NCBI GenBank assembly: GCA_951406725.2
Contig: OX597830.1
Location: 29,140,001-29,204,000, forward strand
Direction of reading: 5' to 3'
From: Octopus vulgaris
Lineage: Eukaryota
Length of the DNA: 64,000 nt
Shown in pieces: positions 55,000-64,000 of the stretch. The position numbers were made by a program, and so were the translations under genes. The stretch's first letter is position 1; every line of letters begins with the position of its first letter. The notes under the pieces were generated by a model. That model made no database searches, was not told where the DNA came from, and saw only the letters and a list, made by a program, of their open reading frames with translations.

Positions 55000-56298
55000 G
55001 GATGTATGCGTGTGTGTATTGTGTTTTACTGTGCCGTGCTTTTTTCTTATTCTGTTTTCTGTTTATATGTCTGCTTGTACTTCTGGATGTACACAGGAGT
55101 GTGTTTTTACGTATGATAACGATTACATGTACTCAAAATTTTATCACATCTTCAATCTGTCTTAATGCTACCCCAGTAATTACTTCACTACTTCTAGAAT
55201 ACTAGTAATAACCAGCACAACCGAATGGTAATTTTAAGGAAATAAATAAATAAAGAAAAACATATATAAAAAGTAGTTTAAAACTGAAGAATAATATTTC
55301 TGCACTCTTTATTTATGTATTTTCATTTTGACTACGTGATAGACTTCATATCCGTCAATGGGTATTTTAGTTTGTGATATGCAATCTAAGACGTATGAAT
55401 ACAATTAACTACTTTATTTTTAATTGCTTGTGAAATAAGCAGCCTCCAAGTGTTTATTATGTGTGTGTGCGTGTGCATGTGTGTATCTGTATATGTGAGA
55501 TTGTGTGAATGTGTGCATGGCTCTATCAGTGTTCATTTGTTGACGTCGCAATTGCTTTTCGTTACTAACATAATTCCTTATTCATACCTCATGTGAAACG
55601 GTGTTGCGCATTTACATGATAATTCGTCGCTGCTTCATTCCATTAAAATAATAGGAAAGGAAGGGCAAATATAAACAAAAGCAAAAACAGAAACACGATG
55701 TTCAGATAGAATCAAAATAGAGAGGAGACTATGCAAGAGACTCTTGAGTAAAGCTGGAGAACGGTGAGCTGTAATTTGCATCTGTAATCTTCTACATAAT
55801 TGGTAATAATTTATAATTTGGATTAGACTTGCGGTGTTTCAGTATCGGAGTATCTTTCTAATTCAAATAAATACATACGTACTCATACATGCATTCATAC
55901 AGGCAAAATCTCAATCACATACACACATTTGCGTATATCTTCATTAATTCACAATACACAATATTCCCTCTCTCTTTTTGTCCCCGCTCTCTCTGCATTT
56001 AAGCACAAAAACACGCCGGCACGCGCACAAATACACACATATAAATATGTATATATATTTGTTCATGCACAGATATACTTATATGTGTTTGTGTATGTGT
56101 GCGTACGTATGTGTGTATGTGTGTGTGTGCTTTATCTATCATTCGTTTCTGTAATTAGGCTGTGGCCATGCTAGGACACCACCTTGTAAAATTTTTAGTC
56201 GAGTGAATATATATATATATATTCATATTTCTAAGCCTCTATGTATTCCACTGAAATTAGGTAAGTAATCATTCGAACAGACTGTCAGAAGCGACACC

Positions 56299-56391
56299 CA
56301 CCTGGTTCGGTTGATTTACATTGATTAGGGGCAAATACCAGGAAGCTAGTCTGTAGACGCCAGGTCGGCAAGGGAAAGCGGCTAACCTCCT
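56299..56391 (+). ncRNA. Degenerate HDV-like ribozyme candidate in a retroelement 5'-UTR-like island
   Basis: P1 ACCTGG (56300-56305) / CCAGGT (56360-56365), followed by C-GG-CAA. J4/2 is GGCTAA. P2 AGGAAG (56340-56345) / CCTCCT (56386-56391) has one mismatch. P3/L3 fit poorly. Confidence 0.4.
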
Positions 56392-56689
56392 CTGTTCGAA
56401 GGTTATAATAGACACAGTTTCGTGTGTCACATAACTAGCTAGAGGCGATGGCCTCTTGGAGCTAATCAACGGCTGCATTCGTCCTATTTTTCTGGACTGT
56501 CACCTTAGCTTGGTGATAACTATTAATATAAATATACGTATATATATATATATATATTAATATAAATATACGTATATATATATATATTACGAAGGACTTA
56601 TCATGAACAATGCAAAATTATTTACCAATATATCAATGGCCAGAACATGCAGTCAAAAAATTTTGTCATTAAAGAATTGTATAAAGTTG

Positions 56690-56910
56690 TGAATAAATCA
56701 CGATTATATTGGAGGGGATTGCAAAAACCCTTACATGTCTAGAAATAGCAGTCAAAACTGCTATAAAGCCACTATAACTCTCTTCTCAATGAAGCTTTAT
56801 TGTGAAGAGATATAATATACGTGGCTATAGTGGCTTTATAGCACTTTTGACTGCTATTTCTAGACATGCAAGGATTTTTGCAGCCCTTCGTTATAATCAT
56901 GATTTATTCA
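56690..56910. repeat. ~220-bp imperfect palindrome (87-bp outer arms plus a 32-nt central hairpin)
   Basis: TGAATAAATCA...CTAGAAATAGCAGTCAAAACTGCTATAAAGCCACTATA versus TATAGTGGCTTTATAGCACTTTTGACTGCTATTTCTAG...TGATTTATTCA. The centre is TCTCTTCTCAATGAAGCTTTATTGTGAAGAGA. Confidence 0.9.
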
Positions 56911-56999
56911 GAATTAGACACATTTCTGATATATAATCAGGGAAGTCTTGAAAAAATATAGAATTAAATGTATGGGGTACAATGAACTTGCCGTGTGGC

Positions 57000-57690
57000 A
57001 TCGAATATCCAACGTTTCGGATTCAATCTTTCATCAAGAGGTAGAGAAAAGAAAAAGCGAAGAAAGTTAAACTGAGTTTGCATACTCACAGCTTTAAAAA
57101 AACGGTTGCAACTGATAATGGACGCAGAATAACACGGGCTGGGGCTGCTAACGTGAAACAGAAGTTATACTAGAGGGCGTGCAGAAAGGAGTAGGAAAAG
57201 GGTGATGGAGAGAGTAAAGGCGGGTAAATAAGGGAATGTTGCTGACAGAAAGAAAGACAGAGAAGGAGAGAGAGAGTGTGTGTGTGTGTGGAAGGAGGAT
57301 TAAAAAGGGTAAAAAAGAATTAAGTGGTGAAAGTGTGAAAGGAAAAACGGTCATTCATGTCTCTCGGGAACATAGGGCCAGGATCAAAAATAAGACGTTG
57401 CCCTTCTCATTTCCTAGAGAAAGTCGGGCCGTGCTGCAAGGCCATGCCACACATTGAAAATCTGCAATAGAATGTTTCACAGTGTTGAAGTGGTTGGTGA
57501 CAGGCTGGACTGGAATACGTAGCATTATGCTTCTGATGTGTTCGCGAAAGCGATCCCCAAGGCGTCACCCTGTTTCTCCAACGTAAAGAGCACCGCAGAG
57601 TTTGCATATGATGCAATATATGAGTTTCGCCGAAGTGCAACGGAGGTGGTGTGTTATGTGATATTGCTTCTCGGACCCTGTGATGGTGTT
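57000..57690 (-). mobile_element. Penelope-like element 3' part: GIY-YIG endonuclease remnant, 3' UTR and hammerhead-like motif (57009-57040)
   Basis: HLRCTSAKLIYCIICKLCGALYVGETG*RLGDRFREH..PVTNHFN..HSIADF, with a stop at 57565-57567. The CTSxxxIYxIxCxxC..YVGET pattern is Neptune-like. Confidence 0.9.
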
Positions 57691-57702
57691 AATATTGGTG
57701 CT

Positions 57703-57980
57703 GTGCTCTTTACATTGGAAAAACAGGGTTACGTTTTCGGGATCGTTTCTGCGAACACATCAGAAGAATAATGCTATGTATGCTAGGCCGACCTGTCGCC
57801 ACCCACTTCAACATTGTGAAACATTCTACTGCAGATTTCAGTGCGTGGCTTGACCTTGCACCACGGCCCGACCTTCTCTAGAAAACGAAACTTTCTTATC
57901 TTTTTCTTCTCATTTTCTCTACCCCATGAGGAAGGATTGAATCCGAAACGTTGGATATTCCACTCCTCACGTTTCATGTT
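57703..57980 (+). mobile_element. Inverted second copy of the same PLE 3' part, ending in a hammerhead-like motif (57924-57954)
   Basis: ALYIGKTGLRFRDRFCEHIR..PVATHFNIVKHSTADF, then CC AUGAGGA A GGAU-UGA-AUCC GAAA CG UU GG. Confidence 0.85.
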
Positions 57981-58774
57981 TTACTATATGTTTACTGGGG
58001 GCAAAGTAAACGATAATAGATATGTAAATTATTATGGTTTCACAGTCGTTAGGTTGTCAGACGAAATGCATTGCGGGATTTTTCCAGTACGATGTATTCT
58101 GAGGTCAAACTCTGCAGCTGTCAACTTAGCCTTCATCCTGCCAGGGTCGATATCTGTAGTACGAGTAATGAGCGAAGTATTGGCGAAATCTTAGAGCTTC
58201 AATAAAGATGACTGTTGCGTCTTGGGTTCAAATTACACCGCAGCTCTCGTGATTGGAAAACGTAATCTCTGGTCAGGTTTAACACCATCATCTGACAGTT
58301 TGCGTGCCTCTATTTGCAGTTCATTCTTTGACAGGCATTTGGGCCAAGTTTTCTGGATACGATGCTCTTTCCCTAGTATTTGTCTCAGAGCTCTTGTAAC
58401 TAGCAATGAGTATTATAGCTGAACGAGTAAACCAGTTTCTGTATCGATTCTGCTGCTTAGCGACTAAAGCAAGTACCTTTTCTATATATTCCGTCGACCC
58501 ACATGTTACAGTTGGAAGCAGATAGACAGAATCGGTGTATGGTCCTGTTTCGGGGATTGTATCTGCAATTCAAAAGTCCTCATTTGCGTTGTGTCACATT
58601 CCTTCAACGTGAGAATTACATTAATGAGACATATGACTTCGTAACACACATCCATTTACCCGCTAATTCAATGAGCCTGGTAGCATAGTTTAGTAAAAAA
58701 AAAATTAATTCTCGTTCACTGTAATTCTGACTGAAATTCGTGTGTCTCTGGCTTCCTGTATATCTATCTCTGTG

Positions 58775-58806
<32 letters not shown>

Positions 58807-60336
58807 TGTATGTATGTATGTATGTATGTATGTATGTATGTATGTATGTATGTATGTATGCATGTATGCATGTATGTATGTATGTATGTATGTTGTATGT
58901 ATGTGTCCGTCTGTCTGTCTATCTCTCTGTCTCTCTATCTGTCTGTCGTTCAGTGAGCGAGTCTGTCTACACAGATTATACGCCCGCATCGGCGCGAACT
59001 GCCTCTGTGTTTATCTACACAAATGTACACATGAAGAGAATGACATATATCTCAAATTGTCCGACACGATTGAAATAAGAGACGATTCTATTAAGAGATG
59101 AGATGACTGTTTCATGTACGTACATGCCTGCCTGTGAAGATTGGTGTATATAATTATAAATATCTGAATGTGCATACGCAAGTATGATTCTACGTGTATA
59201 CACGTACTTCATTCCAGGTTTATATTTCTACCCTGTTTAAGTGCTAGTTCAATTAGAGTACTTAATACAAGGTCCTTCGACTAACCCTTAGCTGGATAGT
59301 GGCAGCAGGTTTTCCTCACATTTCAAATTCCCTCCTACTTACCGAAATTTTCACAGAGCCACTTGTCTCTGAATTTCTAATTTGATTCCTGGATTTCTTC
59401 AGCACTAGGTATTTGAATGATCATTGCAATAATATAGGCCACAACATTGAGAGATTTCGTATTCATGTTCAGGTTCTTCTTTGTTTTAGCAGAGGATCTT
59501 CCATATAGATATGTATGAAATCATAGGAGTAATTAAGGTTTTTAGTTTTAACCAAGTGGATATCGATCGCATCCAGCCTCAAAATAGTGAACCGTATGTA
59601 GTGATCTCGCTTGAGGAAGTTGTTCATACTAGGTACTCTCAGCCATAACCAGCTAAACTTTGCTTTTTGACAAGTAGAAGCTTTAAAAACTGAAGTAGTA
59701 AATGCCACTACACATCACAAAAGATACTATCTACGCATGTGGCTTTATTTTGTGGTGTAAAACTCTACAAATCATGGAATTAATAAATCTGAAAACCAAA
59801 ATATCAGAAGGTACATACATGTGATATGAAAGGATGTTGGTAGAATACTCCCGTTAAGATCGCTGTAAAATATAGAAGTAATCCTTCCCCAACAATCTTG
59901 ATATTCTGGGACAGAATATAAACGTGTTGGGTAGCAGAATAGTTGTCTAAACTAATGAGAAATCTACTGTACTAATGAGAAATGTGCAGATGTTATGCGA
60001 GTTTATATCGTTAGATTAAATTCTGTGATTATAAAGGTGATGGGTTTCATAACTAATTAACTCAGCTGATGAAACTTCATTAATACTGGAAGACCAGAGA
60101 TAATTAGGAAATTACAATGAGGAAGTTTTAAAGGGTCTGTGCAAATATGATGAAATATTGCAAAATTTTAGCTCTTTGCATACACACACGTCACACTCAC
60201 ACATATAAGCATACGTACAAACATAACTTACACATACACATGTACCTCCCCCACATGTGTGTGCGTGTTTGGTGTATATAATATATATATATGTCCATAA
60301 ATACACACGCTCACGCACAGACATGCGCACATATAT

Positions 60337-60383
<47 letters not shown>

Positions 60384-61749
60384 GAAAGAGACATACCTAC
60401 TTATTGAGCTATCTACATCCTTGTCATCTACATTCGCTCAAAGTACTTCGTTTCTGAGATGTACAACTCCTTCTTTAATTTAGAGAAACATTAGAAATAT
60501 AACCAGAATTTGAAAAAAAACATACATACATACATTCAATATCCAAGGAAAGAATTTTCTCTAAATATTCAGGGAAAAGACACTGCAGAGCTATTTGATT
60601 CCTAAAACATTCGAGTAGCAACAGGAATTTTTCATAGAAATAACTATATCCTCATGTCTTGTCCTAGAAGAAAAGCCGTACTGGCGAGAAGTTAAACATT
60701 CGTCCAGACAACCCTTGAAAGGCATAACGTAACTTGAGGAAGTAATGAAAAAGTGTTTCAAAATTAAACAGGTAACTTATATACGGAAGGAAAATTCTTC
60801 AGACTTAGTGGACTGTGACTTTCTGTTTCATAATAGAAATTCTGAACTTGCGAAACTCAAAAAAGACTGCAGGAGAAACATTCGGCTTACGTAAAATGGT
60901 TCGACTTGGGCGTGAGTATTTTTAATCATAGTATGGTTGATAAAATATAGAGAGAACAGAGCAACTCCTGTGTTTGTTACCCATTCCTTACACCTCATTT
61001 TGAAGTTTATTCTTTGTAATCAATCACAGGAGATAGATTAAATGGTTAAAAATTCCCGTTCAGCAAATAAAAACTAAATTAAACACCCAAGTTTCTACAG
61101 AATTTGTCTATTGCATTATATTTCTGTAAAAGACATAAAGACATTACGTGTGATATGCTGTGGCCCTAAAATACAAGGCAGCTTATTGTTGTTGGTTTAA
61201 GTAAATACAATCTCATCTGTTTTTGCAAGATTGTCTATGATAAATATAGCAAATTTTCCCTTTGTTGAGTACATAAATACATTACAACATCAAGAATATT
61301 GGCGGTACAAACCTAACAAAATATATATCAAATGCAAATCTTAACACGCCTGGAATATATGAAAGAGAAAACAGAAATAAAATGCATTTACAAGTAAATG
61401 TGTTCCATGCGAAAGCAAATACTTTCAGCATATTAGTAAGATAATATTTATTGGAAAATTGGAAAGGCATAACTTTTCTATTTTGATTAAAAATTTTAAG
61501 TGGTTATTCAATCACATGTAACATTTTCTTTACAACATTATGCTTATTAATCACAATGGTATCTTAAAATTTGGGTTTATTAAATTTTGGCGGTATTTCT
61601 TTGATATATTTGTACCTTGATACATGCGTAGGTAGAGCGAAACATTTTTACGGAAGTTTCCAATCGAAAGCATTGCTAGCCGCTCGTTAACTAGCGGAGT
61701 ATAAATTCAGCAGAAAATGTTTATTTGATATTTCTTCCATTTTCTACAG

Positions 61750-61772
61750 ATGACACCACAGAAAATTTCTTG
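61750..61772 (+). CDS. Candidate 23-nt micro-exon (xDTTENFL, phase 1 to 0)
   Basis: TTTCTTCCATTTTCTACAG|ATGACACCACAGAAAATTTCTTG|GTATGC, with a strong acceptor in unique sequence. Confidence 0.2.
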
Positions 61773-61976
61773 GTATGCGACTTCACTGCTAATAGACACA
61801 CTGTTAGTTTACGTTTGACAGGGGTTGAAATGACAGGTGGGATATAGATTAAAATTACAGGTTAGAATTCAGTGCTCGTGTGTGAGTGTATACATCCACA
61901 CACACATACATACATACATACTTATCTGTGTAATTTATCCATCTATCTATATGCTTATGTATGTATACACGCATAC

Positions 61977-62062
<86 letters not shown>

Positions 62063-62447
62063 AACGTACAATCATACAAATATAGCCAACGATTTTGACT
62101 GACCACTAGCTTTCAAGTGTGCATGCAGTTTGGTGCAAAACATTTCAATAGCTTTTGTTAAATGCTTAATAGTGTAGCAGCTCCTACATCTTCCTGATCG
62201 ATACATGCTAGCGCAAAATCACTTTCGCGTTTTGTAGGAAAGGACACCGTTACTTCTGAACAAAAATTAGTTCAACTAAATAGCAAAGTTATATATGGTA
62301 TTTAATTAAATAAGAATAGTGAAGGTTCACGATATGAATATGTAAGCAGTCAATAATTCAACCATACATATTTGGTTGTTGTACGCTTGGAGGTTTGTTT
62401 AATGATATTAGTCTGAACTTCGTTTTTAGAATATCGAATATAATTAT

Positions 62448-62492
<45 letters not shown>

Positions 62493-62579
62493 ATATATAT
62501 ATATATGTATATAAAAAAGGCAGGATGTGTGTGTGTGTGTACGTGAATGCAATTTATGCACGTTCACAAATTAGCACGC

Positions 62580-62902
62580 ATGTCGCTCCAATTTTAGGAG
62601 GACATTCGTCATGATTCTAGTTGATTTTCGTCAACTTATTTTCCCCAGAGGCACCAGCGAATACCAGTAAACATAAATTTTCAACCAAAACTTTAAAAAA
62701 TTTTCAAGTCGGAGAAATCACCAATGATTGCAAACAGGAGTTAAGTCCCCTTCTAGTGACGAGTGAGTTTTTGTTAAGACTTTTGTTGTTTTTTTTCCAT
62801 TGAGGATATAAGGGCAACACACACCATGTATGCGTACAAAAAGCATGCATGCACGTACGTGTGTGTATGTGTGTGTGTGTGTTGCCTGTATATATATACA
62901 TA

Positions 62903-62942
<40 letters not shown>

Positions 62943-63065
62943 AACCAGTTTCAACGGTTTTCGCCCAAATTTGACGTCGATGTTACTTAGTTTAGTTTGA
63001 AATAAAGAACTTGATTAGTTTAATAATCCTATCTCATTCCCGAGCAAAGACGGGCAATACTGCTA

Positions 63066-63066
<1 letters not shown>
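62580..63066 (+). mobile_element. Non-autonomous Helitron-like element, 3' end (5' boundary uncertain)
   Basis: Subterminal GC hairpin CCCG-AGCAAAGA-CGGG (63039-63054), followed after 8 nt by CTAG|T (63063-63066), the standard Helitron 3' signature. Confidence 0.55.
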
Positions 63067-63100
<34 letters not shown>

Positions 63101-63331
63101 CAGGCACACGTAAACTCAATCAAAACAGCACATTCACGAAAGCACAAATAGATACATATGTACATATGTATGTATATTACGTATATATTTATAAACATAT
63201 AAATTGCTGACTACCAGCTTTTGACTTTTCTATCAACCCCAGATTTACATACGATCAATTAAAATTGCATGTATATATTCGATATATTCCCTAAAAGAAT
63301 ATATGTGAAAGTCTCTGTTTGAGTGTGTGTG

Positions 63332-63365
<34 letters not shown>

Positions 63366-63439
63366 CGAGTGCCTTTATGTGTTTGTGCGCATGTGTGAAT
63401 ATATTTGTGTAATGTACGCTTCAGATATTACGTCGGATC

Positions 63440-64000
63440 ATCAAAGATCAGTTGAATTTTGATTTATGTACGCCATATAAAGTCTTATAGATGATTTTTT
63501 TCTGGAATTTTTTGAAAATCTTTACTAATCTGTTCTACACGCGGTAAGTCATACTATTATGCAAAAATATAAAAAATTGGAACGTGATTTAAGGGTTATT
63601 TAATTGTTATTTTTAGCACATCTCATCACTAACTATACCATCGTTGTTTGTCAGTTAGACATATTGAGGTTTGTGAATATTTTTCTCCACATGAACACAT
63701 CTAATGGTGTATTTTGGAGATTTTAGCCAAAAATTCAGATTCTCCGTATTTTAAACGGTGATTTTAAAAGAATCGAAAAAAGTGTGTCAATATGATTTTT
63801 AAAATGCGAAAAATTAAAATATGCTTACAAAATCGCGTTAATTCCCATGCATTAAATACATTTTTCGAAAATTCCAAAAAATAAAAAAGTTATGATGGGC
63901 TATATAGTATGCTTAAAGCAGAGTCCCGCCAAAAATATCTATAGTATTTAATGAGAGATGTGCACACACGATATTAATATTCGAGCAACAATTAATTCGA
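63440..64000. repeat. Possible old MITE or DNA-transposon remnant with imperfect inverted repeats
   Basis: TTAATTGTT..GCACATCTCATCACTAACTATA (~63600-63637) versus TATAGTATTTAATGAGAGATGTGC..AACAATTAA (~63939-63995). Confidence 0.3.

Noticed and set aside
60040-60090. CTGATGA followed by AAC as a hammerhead core
   Set aside because: There is no stem II or separate GAAA; it is only part of a small imperfect hairpin.

Overview
This is AT-rich eukaryotic DNA, very dense in microsatellites, and I found no complete protein-coding gene. The repeat families resemble those I recall from Octopus genomes; that assignment is inference, not a database result. The window is probably a long intron or intergenic region. 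Most ORFs in the six-frame track are translations of microsatellites. Supported content: (i) many tRNA-derived SINE copies from at least five families; (ii) four 5'-truncated R4/Dong-like non-LTR fragments with restriction-like endonuclease motifs, most of them in (TAA)n tracts, plus a ~555-bp non-coding element in the same tracts; (iii) Penelope-like element (PLE) remnants, namely an RT/thumb fragment and an inverted pair of GIY-YIG fragments; (iv) Tc1/mariner remnants, a CR1/L2-type RT fragment and a Helitron-like 3' end. The most interesting layer is RNA structure. About ten complete, degenerate or half minimal type I hammerhead ribozyme motifs occur, mostly inside (AT)n tracts or inverted repeats. 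One is fully canonical (32718-32760, minus strand) and shows stem covariation against a second copy. There is also a degenerate HDV-like ribozyme candidate, several long inverted repeats that could form dsRNA, a 17-bp hairpin minisatellite, SINE multimers sharing a 184-bp junction, and a few low-confidence micro-exon candidates. All alignments, folds and translations were done by eye.
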